Shown here piece by piece: positions 7,641-16,713 of a DNA stretch of 64,000 bases; within the stretch, counting starts at the first letter, position 1, and the number at the start of each line of letters is the position of its first letter. Location: positions 1 through 64,000 of IMG/VR virus record IMGVR_UViG_3300036820_000010. One strand, 5' to 3'. This DNA is from a virus. A program made the translations under genes and the position numbers. Below the pieces are notes generated by a model, which was given only the letters and a program-made list of their open reading frames with translations, was not told the DNA's origin and made no database searches.

Positions 7641-7826
7641 ATGGATGAGAGCGTAATTCCCGACTACCTGTTCACGAACCGCAAACCCGAAGAATGGGTA
7701 GAAGACGGGCAGGTGTACTGTGCCCATACCCATAGATACAGGATTGGGGAAAGAATGCTCTGTCTACAATGCGGAGAATCTTTACACAAAGACGGGAAGA
7801 GGTGGAAAGCAGCCGGTGATCCCTGA
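7641..7826 (+). CDS. IPDY-motif zinc-finger-like protein
   Basis: VIPDYLFT; CAH..CLQC. Confidence 0.7.
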   Translation: MDESVIPDYLFTNRKPEEWVEDGQVYCAHTHRYRIGERMLCLQCGESLHKDGKRWKAAGDP

Positions 7827-8130
7827 CTATGTCTTCAAGAGGAGAGACCCAGACCAGGAGACTTTAGTCCAGTGGACAAGAGGTGTGCCTCATGGGAGTA
7901 CTATCTGGGAAGTCCTGCCTCCCCCACTGAACTGCCCAGAGTTCTGGGCAATTAGTGCTAAGTGGAAGAACTCAGAGGGAAACAACTCTGAGTACACTCG
8001 ATATATCGACTATCCCTACTTGTTTGGGTGGCAAAACCTCACCGATCTCCTGGGTGAGATCTCTTCTGAGGTTGCTAGAAATCAGCAGATCTCGGAACAC
8101 ACTCCAGTCTGGCCCCTCAACCCGAGTTAA
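7816..8130 (+). CDS. IPDY-motif protein
   Basis: GTG start giving (M)IPDYVFKRR. Confidence 0.7.
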   Translation: MIPDYVFKRRDPDQETLVQWTRGVPHGSTIWEVLPPPLNCPEFWAISAKWKNSEGNNSEYTRYIDYPYLFGWQNLTDLLGEISSEVARNQQISEHTPVWPLNPS

Positions 8131-8139
8131 AGGAGTTTT

Positions 8140-8712
8140 TTGCCTATGCCAGAATCTGAGTTTTTACTCCAGGATGAGTACGTCATACTCAAGAGGAGTA
8201 GGCACTGGGGACAGTTCGGAAGATGGTTCCGACGCCCAGTCTTCCTGATCATTCTAGTCTTAGTTCTGATCACCACTGAACACATCTGGGTTACCTACCT
8301 AACCTGGATAGGCTTCCTGTTCGGAACTGACTTCTTCTCAACCCAGAGGTTCATCCTCTACCTGGTCGGTATCGCACTACTTCTCTTGGCCTTTTCTGGG
8401 TTCTGGATGCTAGAGATATACCTCTACGGGTCGACCACGATCACAGTCACCAACCTGCGCGTGATCAAGGGAGTGACCAAGTGGCCTTACAGGAACAGCA
8501 TCTCCTTGCGCATGATGATGATCATCGATGTCCGCGTGAGTCAAACTGCGATAGGCAGATTGCTAGGTTACGGACGCATCGTCATCAACCCGGGAGACGG
8601 AGTCCTAGACCTAGAGTTCATGCCTAACCCAGACGAGATGTACCGTCAGATACTGGCTCATGCCAAGATGATTCCGAGTCTCAACCCCAACCTAGGCCTG
8701 GTCAAACCTTAG
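8140..8712 (+). CDS. Membrane protein with a bacterial PH (bPH_2-like) domain
   Basis: Two TM helices, then TVTNLRVI..G..IIDVRVSQTAIGRLLGYGRI. Confidence 0.7.
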   Translation: MPMPESEFLLQDEYVILKRSRHWGQFGRWFRRPVFLIILVLVLITTEHIWVTYLTWIGFLFGTDFFSTQRFILYLVGIALLLLAFSGFWMLEIYLYGSTTITVTNLRVIKGVTKWPYRNSISLRMMMIIDVRVSQTAIGRLLGYGRIVINPGDGVLDLEFMPNPDEMYRQILAHAKMIPSLNPNLGLVKP

Positions 8713-8880
8713 ATGATAATCGGAGTATTCTCGGCTATCCTCATCAATGTTTGCCTAGGTTTGGCCTTCCTCAAGTTGGCCAGGGAATTTCCTCCTCCCC
8801 TGTGGGTCAAGGCAGTCCTTCTACTCACCTGGTGGACCTTGACTCTCGGCATTCTATATACTGCCCAACTGGTCTCCTGA
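8713..8880 (+). CDS. Small two-TM membrane protein (55 aa)
   Basis: Translated by hand, hydrophobic; directly follows the upstream stop. Confidence 0.5.
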   Translation: MIIGVFSAILINVCLGLAFLKLAREFPPPLWVKAVLLLTWWTLTLGILYTAQLVS

Positions 8881-8890
8881 GGTAAACCGA

Positions 8891-9445
8891 ATGCACGCAT
8901 CAGTCAAGACCTTTCTCAGACAACTCCCCCAGGATCTTCTCTACAACCGGGAGATCCTAGAAGTCGGGTCCCTCAACGTCAACGGGAGTGCTAGGGATGT
9001 TCTTGCCCAAAACTACAAGAACTACGTCGGAACTGACCTACGTCCGGGACCGAGAGTAGACATGGTCGTCGATGCTTGCGACCTGACCCAGACCTTCGGG
9101 GAAGAAACCTTCGACGCAGTTGTCTCGACTGAAACTTTAGAGCACGTCGAGAGGTGGAGGCCGGCTATCTACAACATGGTCGGGGTGTTGAGAGACAAAG
9201 GAATCCTCATTCTAACGACGAGATCAGTCGGGTTCCCGCACCATGAGTACCCGTACGACTGCTGGAGATTCCAACCGGAGACGATGAGGGAGATCCTTTC
9301 ACGCTTGGGGATGACCAAGGTGAGTGTCGAGGATGATCCGGAAGTCCCGGGGGTCTTCGTGATCGCCTGCAAAGACCAAGATGCCTTCCCTGCTGACGGG
9401 AAGGTCTTGTGGGACATCCATGCCGTCGAGGCCCCTTCCGCCTAA
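8891..9445 (+). CDS. Class I SAM-dependent methyltransferase
   Basis: ILEVGS..YVGTD..VDA..FDAVVSTETLEH..YPYDCWRF. Confidence 0.8.
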   Translation: MHASVKTFLRQLPQDLLYNREILEVGSLNVNGSARDVLAQNYKNYVGTDLRPGPRVDMVVDACDLTQTFGEETFDAVVSTETLEHVERWRPAIYNMVGVLRDKGILILTTRSVGFPHHEYPYDCWRFQPETMREILSRLGMTKVSVEDDPEVPGVFVIACKDQDAFPADGKVLWDIHAVEAPSA

Positions 9446-9535
9446 CCTACCTGTGACATAATCTCAAGTAGGGTTTGGGTGTCTTTCAACCCCTTACCCC
9501 TAAGGTTTAACTTACGCGGGGACTTGGGCGTCGAG

Positions 9536-9566
9536 AGAGGCAAGGCCGGTTAGGTCTTGCCTCTTC
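9536..9566. terminator. Hairpin terminator between convergent genes
   Basis: AGAGGCAAGGCC-GGTTA-GGTCTTGCCTCT. Confidence 0.55.
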
Positions 9567-9875
9567 TCATGAGTGCAGGACCTTATGCAGGTACTCTTCA
9601 TCTAAGTTACTACAGGAAGGCATCAAGTAAAGGAAGAGACCAGAAGTGCCTGAGGGGTGCCCCGGAGGCAAGAAAGTCGTCCCCAAGACCCTCTTGAGTA
9701 CAGTAACTAACTCCTCGTAGGGGGACAACCTGATCGCCTCGACGATCGCCTCATTCAAGCCTGCCTCGAACCCAACCTCATACCCTGCCTCGTACCCGAG
9801 CTCAGAAGCGATGCGTTCTTTCTTGGACCCGTTCTTGGACACTTCCCTGGTATACCAAGTGTCCACGGGCCTCAC
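9567..9875 (-). CDS. Hypothetical protein with a GYEAG repeat
   Basis: GTGA overlap with the upstream gene. Confidence 0.55.
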   Translation of the reverse strand: MRPVDTWYTREVSKNGSKKERIASELGYEAGYEVGFEAGLNEAIVEAIRLSPYEELVTVLKRVLGTTFLPPGHPSGTSGLFLYLMPSCSNLDEEYLHKVLHS

Positions 9876-10258
9876 CTCAAACGCCCAGGTTTGATCTGGT
9901 CCTCGGACAACCTCATGCGGTCCTGGCCCTGAGCCTCAAGTTCATCTTGATCGACTGTCTTCTCGACAATCTCTTCTGCCCACTCTCCAATAGACTTTTC
10001 TTCTACGCCTTCTGCGTTGTAGGGAAGTTCTCTGTTCCCTCCCGTCTTGGGATTCATCTTGCGCAAGGTTGGATGACCTAATCTCGACACCCAGAATTCC
10101 TGGGTTTCGGGCCCGCAGTCTCCGTCATTCCAGATCTTCCAGCCCTGTGCCTTGATGATCTTCTCCGCCTCTTCGCGAGAAGTTGCGACGACGTGGAACT
10201 CTACCCTTCGGGTGAGTTCACCTTGGAACAGTTTGAACTGGTAAGATTCGTCAGGCAT
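9872..10258 (-). CDS. Hypothetical protein
   Basis: SD-like GGAAAGG upstream. Confidence 0.65.
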   Translation of the reverse strand: MPDESYQFKLFQGELTRRVEFHVVATSREEAEKIIKAQGWKIWNDGDCGPETQEFWVSRLGHPTLRKMNPKTGGNRELPYNAEGVEEKSIGEWAEEIVEKTVDQDELEAQGQDRMRLSEDQIKPGRLR

Positions 10259-10391
10259 GACCTTTCCCCTTTGAGAAACTTCACCACCCCCAACCTAGGG
10301 TAGCGTAGGTATACAGGATTATTCCTCCGACGATGGCGATAAAAGAGATCGCGACTACGAGGAGGATGATGTAGTTATCTTCTATGTCCAC

Positions 10392-10667
10392 TCATTTGCC
10401 TTCGAAGGCACGAGGATGATCCTTCTCGGTCTCGACAATCCCACATCGCCAGCACTTGCGGAACTTAGATCCTGGGATCATCTTACCGTTCTGGCGCAGG
10501 ACGTCGTACAACCAGAGGTGATCCCCATTCCTGCACTTCAACCTACCAACTATATCCGTGATCTTGTGGAATACCTTGCCTAGTCCGAGTCTCATGACCC
10601 GATTGAAGATAGGCGGGAAACTCAGAGTAGCCATGACTACTGCAAAAATTGATAGGCGAGAAGTCAT
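10392..10667 (-). CDS. Zinc-finger-like hypothetical protein
   Basis: CRNGDHLW..CWRC. Confidence 0.6.
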   Translation of the reverse strand: MTSRLSIFAVVMATLSFPPIFNRVMRLGLGKVFHKITDIVGRLKCRNGDHLWLYDVLRQNGKMIPGSKFRKCWRCGIVETEKDHPRAFEGK

Positions 10668-10810
10668 CCTGCCTTTAAATCTCGCCTCACCCGCATCTTC
10701 TGCAGGTCTCTTGTTGATCGCGCGTGCATGCGCATTCCGAAGCGCTTCTTGGTAACCTTGCGGTCGCGCCTAGAGATTCGGTTGACCTCAGCGCTGATTT
10801 TGATGCCCAT
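10664..10810 (-). CDS. Leaderless Arg/Lys-rich 48-aa protein (not in ORF track)
   Basis: MGIKISAEVNRISRRDRKVTKKRFGMRMHARSTRDLQKMRVRRDLKAG; preceded by the third copy of the TGtTATACT-ATATTC-ATG promoter. Confidence 0.6.
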   Translation of the reverse strand: MGIKISAEVNRISRRDRKVTKKRFGMRMHARSTRDLQKMRVRRDLKAG

Positions 10811-10902
10811 GAATATAGTATAACAGGTCTACTTAAGTTTCGTCAAGGTGAGGATCCCGAGATTTCTTCTGAGGATCTCGTTATCCTTGATGGACAGAGC
10901 CT

Positions 10903-12324
10903 GTGGCCAACATCTTCAACCCCCCAGTCGCCCTGTACAAGAAGATCCGCCAACTGTGGGGTGGACAGGCTGCAGGAATTGGGGTCTTTTACTTAGGGGG
11001 AGGACCTGGAGGGGCCTATATCGGGCACTCCTGGGATTTCACTCGGATCGCGAACTCCGTCTACGGGAACCCGACCGGATTCCGCTGTGTCGAGGCGATC
11101 TCCTACAACTTCAGTCGGCCCCCGTGGACGATCTACCCCTCGATCTCCAACTGGCCGCACGCTGCCGAGCCTTCGCGCGCGATCACTGATCATCCCCTCC
11201 TGCAACTCCTCAACCACCCGAATCCCTCGACGTCAGGGACGATGATGCAGCGTCTGATGGCCCGGGACCTTGAACTCACGGGTAAGACCTTCTGGTTCAA
11301 GGAAGCCCCTAAACCGACCGAACGTAATCCCAAGCCTAAACCTACTGCCCTACGGAGGCTCCCGTCCCAACGGGTCACCGTAGTCGGCAACCAGGATGAC
11401 GAACTACTCGGCTTCGTCTACACCGACCGGGCAGGCAACCAGGTCCCGATCCTGCCTGAAAACCTACTGTATCTGCGCTTTCCTCATGTCGACCGGGTAT
11501 ACGACGGGATCGCTCCTGCTCTAGTCGCCGGCCTCCCGGCCGAGACAGACACTGCTGGATCCCAGTTCAACCGGGAGTTGCTTCGGAATGACACTGCACT
11601 CCCAGGTTACCTGGTCATCGACAACTTGAGTGTTTCTGAGTTCGCAGAATGGAAGAGTGAGTGGGAAACCCAGTCTCAACCCGGGAAGACTCGCTTTATC
11701 GGGGGCCAGAACTCTAAATACTTCAAAGTTGGGCAATCTAACCAAGAATTGACCTACTCTGAGCTCAGGTCGGATTCCCAAGACGACATTCTGAGAGGGT
11801 TTGGAGTCCCGCCTGCTGCAGCATTTAAGTTGACTCACGAAACTTATGCTAATGCTGCTGCAGAACAAGCAATGTTCATGCAGCAGGGAATCTTGCCCAA
11901 ATGGATCCTCGCCTGTGACGAGATGACACTTCAGTTCGCCCCTGACTTTCCTGAGACCTCGATCAAGGTCGCTCTTGACCTGACCGGAATCGACGAGTTG
12001 CAGGATAGCAGGGACGCGGTCGTCGAGCGAGGGGTCAAACTCATGCTCGTCCAGGCCAAGACGATCAACGAGTTTCGAGCCGAACAAGGCCTGCCTCCAG
12101 TTGCCTGGGGTGATACACCTCAAGTTCCACTGCAGCAAATGTCTGCTGTACCGATGGAACCTCCGGGTTCGGAGGGGACTCCTGGGAACTCGCCTGCCCC
12201 AGAGTCTCCTCCTAACCCGAAGCAAGTTCCTCCCCCAGAAGACAACTCATCCCGGTACAGGCTCTTGGGTCCACCTGGGGATACGGCTAGTCGTCTCCCC
12301 CAGAATTCGTCCAATGGTCGGTAG
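10903..12324 (+). CDS. Phage portal protein (HK97-like)
   Basis: LLQLLNHPNP..LELTGKTF..LRRLPSQRV..ILRGFGVPP..TINEFRAEQGLPP. Confidence 0.9.
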   Translation: MANIFNPPVALYKKIRQLWGGQAAGIGVFYLGGGPGGAYIGHSWDFTRIANSVYGNPTGFRCVEAISYNFSRPPWTIYPSISNWPHAAEPSRAITDHPLLQLLNHPNPSTSGTMMQRLMARDLELTGKTFWFKEAPKPTERNPKPKPTALRRLPSQRVTVVGNQDDELLGFVYTDRAGNQVPILPENLLYLRFPHVDRVYDGIAPALVAGLPAETDTAGSQFNRELLRNDTALPGYLVIDNLSVSEFAEWKSEWETQSQPGKTRFIGGQNSKYFKVGQSNQELTYSELRSDSQDDILRGFGVPPAAAFKLTHETYANAAAEQAMFMQQGILPKWILACDEMTLQFAPDFPETSIKVALDLTGIDELQDSRDAVVERGVKLMLVQAKTINEFRAEQGLPPVAWGDTPQVPLQQMSAVPMEPPGSEGTPGNSPAPESPPNPKQVPPPEDNSSRYRLLGPPGDTASRLPQNSSNGR

Positions 12325-12351
12325 AAACCTGATAAATTGAGGAGACAGACG

Positions 12352-14001
12352 ATGGGACGGTACACTGCCCATGTAGGGCACCTCGAGGTTATCAGGGGTG
12401 TAGTCAAGGCAACTCAGGTAGCCAAGGTCAACGGGAAGTACCAGTTCTCTGGGGTAGCGACTTCAATCGGAAACACCGATCGCATGGGCAGGGTGTTCTT
12501 GCCTGGAGCCTTCGCCTCACTCCCACCCCAAGTCCCACTACTCGCCTACCACGACGACACTCGCCCGATCGGAATCTCTGCCCTCAAGAAGCAGGGGGAC
12601 CAGGTTCTGCACTCCTCGACACTCAGTAACGGCCCGGCAGCCGCTGAACTCGAGGAACTCATCCATGATGGAGCAGTCCCTGCTACTTCGATCGGATGGT
12701 TGTCTGACCAGCGCTACAACGGGTCGGGAGCACTCGAGCGTGCAGATCCTGACTTCGCTGAACAGTGCTGGGCGATGGGTATCGAGAAGGCAGAAGACAT
12801 CACCTACTTCGGGAAGGGTGAGATCCTAGAGAACTCGATCACCCCGATTCCGGCTAACCCGCAGGCACTGATCTCAGTTGCCTCTCTTCTAGGCACTGAC
12901 CGGGGGTACATCGAGTCGATGCGCGAAGTCGCGAGGGAGTCTGATCCCCACTTCTTCTTCATGTCGAGCGATGAAGTCGCTCCCCCAGGATCTGACCTAG
13001 GCAGTACTGCCTACGAGCCTGAGGCCTACTCCAAGGGACCGGGCGAGAACGTCAAGTGCCCGCAGTGCCAGAAGTACAACGAACCCGATGCTTCTTTCTG
13101 CGACCAGTGTGGTCTGAAGTTGGTCGGGCGGGACGACGTCCAAACTTCTGTTGTCGAGGGAATGGACATCTCTGACCGGTCACTCTTGGATCTGGTCGGG
13201 GGAGCAGCGACCATCCTCGCTGATGTCATGCGGATCCGCGAGGACGCGTCGATCCCTGACTACGTGACTCGACAGCAGATGATGGCCGAGTCGGTCGCCC
13301 AACTGGGTGACCTCGCTGCCGTCTGGTCGAGCGCCTACGTCAACAACCTCCCTGACAGCGCTTTCGCCTACATCACGCCTGGGGGAAAGGCAGACTCTTC
13401 TGGAAAGACCACTCCCCGCTCGTTGCGGCACTTCCCCCACCACGATGACACAGGGAAACCCGATGAGGCGCATGTGCGCAACGCACTCGCCCGCATCCCC
13501 CAGTCGAACGTCCCGGAATCGGCCAAGGCATCTGCTCTCGCCCATATCGAGAAGCACGCGAAGGCGATGGGCATCGACGTGTCTGACAAGAAGGCAGCCG
13601 CTGCCCAGCCTGATGCTCCTGGCAATACCGACGATGACGCACCAGTCAACGCAGGTCCGATGCCGACCAAGCCTGCGACCGCGGTCAAGCATCTGATGAC
13701 CGCGAAACCTAGTGGTCATGGGATGGCTCGCGCTGACATCCCTGACAACCCAGTCAAGGCTCACAACGCGATGCACGGTGAAGACGGATCGAAGGAGAAG
13801 GACGGACACGTCCATTCCAAGGCCCCGGCTGCCTCAGATATCGATCCCGACCTCGTTCTTTCAGAACTCGAGGCACTCACCCAGCGAGGCCCAGTCGGGA
13901 ACCAACCATCAGTATGGTCAGAGGTCCTAGCTGCTGAGCCCAGGTTCAAGAATGTCAGGTCGGGTGTCCAGCCTGAGTGGGGTCTCGTCGACCTAGGCTA
14001 A
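12352..14001 (+). CDS. Prohead protease (HK97-type) with C-terminal extensions
   Basis: FSGVATSIGNTDRMG..LLAYHD..RPIG..TSIGW..ENSITPIPANPQA; then CPQC..CDQC and an LPDSAFAY domain. Confidence 0.8.
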   Translation: MGRYTAHVGHLEVIRGVVKATQVAKVNGKYQFSGVATSIGNTDRMGRVFLPGAFASLPPQVPLLAYHDDTRPIGISALKKQGDQVLHSSTLSNGPAAAELEELIHDGAVPATSIGWLSDQRYNGSGALERADPDFAEQCWAMGIEKAEDITYFGKGEILENSITPIPANPQALISVASLLGTDRGYIESMREVARESDPHFFFMSSDEVAPPGSDLGSTAYEPEAYSKGPGENVKCPQCQKYNEPDASFCDQCGLKLVGRDDVQTSVVEGMDISDRSLLDLVGGAATILADVMRIREDASIPDYVTRQQMMAESVAQLGDLAAVWSSAYVNNLPDSAFAYITPGGKADSSGKTTPRSLRHFPHHDDTGKPDEAHVRNALARIPQSNVPESAKASALAHIEKHAKAMGIDVSDKKAAAAQPDAPGNTDDDAPVNAGPMPTKPATAVKHLMTAKPSGHGMARADIPDNPVKAHNAMHGEDGSKEKDGHVHSKAPAASDIDPDLVLSELEALTQRGPVGNQPSVWSEVLAAEPRFKNVRSGVQPEWGLVDLG

Positions 14002-14069
14002 GTCCACTCTTCCGTCTCGTGTTATCGTCGTAGTCGCAGGCCTAAACTTTAGGAACAGAGGATGTACTG

Positions 14070-15470
14070 ATGGAGCCTTGGCAGGAGAAAGCTGAGAAGG
14101 CGAGGACCTTGATCGAGCAGATCAAGATCGCCAAGAACAACGTCAGTTCTGCCGAGGAAGCGATGAAGCTTCGGAAGCAGTTCGACGACGCCCGCAAACT
14201 CGCTCAGGAAGCCCACACCGAGAGAACTTCTCTAGAGAAGGCTCGCCTCGACGAGGTCCTAGGTGAGTTCGAGAACGAGAAGGCTTCGGAGGAGAAGAGG
14301 ACTGCTTCTTCTGAGATGTACCGCATCGCTCCTCCTACCTCTGACGGGCGGTCGATGACTGCTTCGGGTCGCATGCAGACCCTGGGTGAAAGGATGCGGG
14401 CTGACAAGGCTCGGGTCATGTACACCGAGAGGGCAGTCAAGTCGATCCCCGACCTTCACCAGGCTGCTCTCGCTGAGGGAACTGGTTCGAGTGGTGGATA
14501 CCTGGTCGTTCCTCAGTACCTCCAGGACCTGTTCGCTGAAACTCGTCGCCAGGGAAACGCCCTTCGCGCCTATGGGTGGATGAACGTCCATCCAGTCGAG
14601 TCGAACCAGGTCTACATCCCTAAGGGATCGGGTTCTGCTTCGGTCACCATGATCGGTGAAAACGTGCAGAAGCCCAGCGCAGACCAGTCCTACGCCCAGA
14701 TCTCAGTGGCCATCTTCACTGCGGCCGGCATCTCGAAGCAGTCGAAGCAGTTGGTCATGGACTCGTCCCCGACCGTCCTTGACCTGTCCACCCGAGAACT
14801 CGGAACTCTCTTGGGCAACTTGGAAGAGGGCAAGGTCATCAATGGGTCTGGGTCCTCAGAACCCTTGGGCATCCTGGGCACTTCTGGTCTGGCCATCACC
14901 CCGCAGACGGCCAGTGATTCGGTTGTCGGAACGGTTGCTGCCTCGGCTACGCAGCAGGATGTGATCGATCAGATCCTGAACGCGGTCGTGGCCGTCACCT
15001 CGTCCTACTACGCTCCCCCGAACGGGTGTCTGATGCACCCCCGGCGCCTAGGGTGGCTCCTGCAGGGTAAGGACACGAACAACAACTACCTGTTCAACCG
15101 GAACGGAACCTTCCGCCAGCCCAACTTCGATCCCGCGATGCAGACGGTCAACTCGATGTCGACCGCGATCAACACCCCTCCGTACGACCTCTTCGGCCTT
15201 CCGATCGGGACCTCGACCAACATCCCGACCGACTCCAACTACGGAGTCTCGGGCAACTCCGACCAGGACGTGATCATCGTCGGCGCCTGGCAGGAGGCCC
15301 ACTGGTTCCAGCGTCAGGACGTGACCGTTGACACGACCGACGTTGCGGGTGAGTCCTGGGAGTACAACCAGGTCTGGATCCGCGCTGAGGAGAGGTTCGG
15401 ATTCACTGCAGCCCGATACCCGAACGCCTTCGCCGTCGTCTCGGGTAAGGGCCTTTCTGCTCCTGCTTAA
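14070..15470 (+). CDS. Major capsid protein (HK97 fold with delta domain)
   Basis: Coiled-coil N-terminus; SGGYLVVPQ; INGSGSSEPLGI; IRAEERFGF. Confidence 0.92.
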   Translation: MEPWQEKAEKARTLIEQIKIAKNNVSSAEEAMKLRKQFDDARKLAQEAHTERTSLEKARLDEVLGEFENEKASEEKRTASSEMYRIAPPTSDGRSMTASGRMQTLGERMRADKARVMYTERAVKSIPDLHQAALAEGTGSSGGYLVVPQYLQDLFAETRRQGNALRAYGWMNVHPVESNQVYIPKGSGSASVTMIGENVQKPSADQSYAQISVAIFTAAGISKQSKQLVMDSSPTVLDLSTRELGTLLGNLEEGKVINGSGSSEPLGILGTSGLAITPQTASDSVVGTVAASATQQDVIDQILNAVVAVTSSYYAPPNGCLMHPRRLGWLLQGKDTNNNYLFNRNGTFRQPNFDPAMQTVNSMSTAINTPPYDLFGLPIGTSTNIPTDSNYGVSGNSDQDVIIVGAWQEAHWFQRQDVTVDTTDVAGESWEYNQVWIRAEERFGFTAARYPNAFAVVSGKGLSAPA

Positions 15471-15473
15471 GTC

Positions 15474-15959
15474 ATGATCAGTGACAACCGGATCGGAGAT
15501 CCTCCGGCCACTGTCTCTGACAACCGCATCGGGGATCGTCTCGCTGACGGCCACGAGGTGGGTGAGGTCGATACCTCACCCGGCCTCACCGATGCCGAGA
15601 AAGCCCAGAGGGAAAGTCAGCCTGGTCCCCAGGACCCGCAAGAGGAAGTTAGACGCCAAGAAGACGTCAAGGGTGACGCTGCGAGGAACTCGCAGATTGC
15701 GGCTGAGAAGTCTGATGACAAGACCTCGGACGAAGACGAGGAACCGGAGAGACCCGAAGAGACTGGTTCCCAAGGTGGGTCTGAGGACGAGACCGAGAAC
15801 ACAGATGGAACTACCGACGCATCAGGGGTCGTTGCTACTCCAGGTGCTGTCGAGCATGCCCAGACCTTAGGAGTCGATATCTCCGAGGTCCAGGGAACCG
15901 GCCGAGGTGGGCAGGTCACTAAGGCTGACGTTGAGTCCCACGTAACGAACAACCAGTAA
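15474..15959 (+). CDS. Acidic protein with a C-terminal E3-binding (PSBD-like) domain
   Basis: ATPGAVEHAQTLGVDISEVQGTGRGGQVTKADV. Confidence 0.7.
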   Translation: MISDNRIGDPPATVSDNRIGDRLADGHEVGEVDTSPGLTDAEKAQRESQPGPQDPQEEVRRQEDVKGDAARNSQIAAEKSDDKTSDEDEEPERPEETGSQGGSEDETENTDGTTDASGVVATPGAVEHAQTLGVDISEVQGTGRGGQVTKADVESHVTNNQ

Positions 15960-15968
15960 GGAGACCCC

Positions 15969-16709
15969 GTGGGCGACTGGTTCGAGTCGGGAGAATACGC
16001 CTGGTGGTCGTCGTGGGACTGGAACCCAGCAACCCTACCTTGGTTGACTCCACCTCCCCCGGGAATCATGAGGTGGTCGGTCACTCGTACTGTTGAACCC
16101 ATCTCAGATCCTGTCTTCTTAGAGGATGTCAAGATGCACCTGCGTGTTGACAACACCGAAGAGGACGCTTACATCCAGGACCTGATCACAGGTGCAGTCG
16201 AGTACATCGAACAGAACTACCAGGTCGCCTACCTAGCTCAGACCAATCGCCTGACCTTGGACCACTTCCCGATGCGCTGGAGGCTAGAAAAGTGGCCGTG
16301 GTCAGGTACTCCTTACGGGTCTATCTTGCTCCCAGGAAAACCAGTAACTGGAGTAGTTTCAGTCAACTACCTCGACACCAATGGGGATGTGCAGGTCGTC
16401 GACTCGACAATCTATGCTCCTGCCTTGCAGGCATCTCCTTTGTCTAAGATAGTCCTGAAACCCGGGAACAACGATTGGCCTCGCCTTCTCCTGGGTCAGC
16501 CTTCAGGTGGGGTCTACGTTGACTACACCTTGGGTTACACGAACCTAGCCAAGGTACCCAAGCGCTGGAAGCAAGCCTTGTATCTCCTGGTTGCCTCCTG
16601 GTATGAGAACCGCGAAGAAGTTGGTGTCGAGTACAGGACAGCGATGACTCAGCCTCCGTTGGGCATGCGTGACATCATGGGTCACGCACTACCTCCTCTG
16701 GTAGGCTGA
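15969..16709 (+). CDS. Head-tail connector (gp6-like)
   Basis: VKMHLRVD..EEDAYIQDLI..KQALYLLVASWYENRE. Confidence 0.85.
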   Translation: MGDWFESGEYAWWSSWDWNPATLPWLTPPPPGIMRWSVTRTVEPISDPVFLEDVKMHLRVDNTEEDAYIQDLITGAVEYIEQNYQVAYLAQTNRLTLDHFPMRWRLEKWPWSGTPYGSILLPGKPVTGVVSVNYLDTNGDVQVVDSTIYAPALQASPLSKIVLKPGNNDWPRLLLGQPSGGVYVDYTLGYTNLAKVPKRWKQALYLLVASWYENREEVGVEYRTAMTQPPLGMRDIMGHALPPLVG

Positions 16710-16713
16710 GACC

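Noticed and set aside
4607-8130. Integron-like cassette array with a DNA recombination site at each gene start
   Set aside because: The shared sequence varies at synonymous positions, the genes overlap without attC-like spacers, and no integrase is seen.
9567-9875. GYExG repeats shared with 42762-43046 and 53862-54143 as a second tag family
   Set aside because: Short GxxxG helical repeats are common in phage hypothetical proteins; the evidence is too weak.
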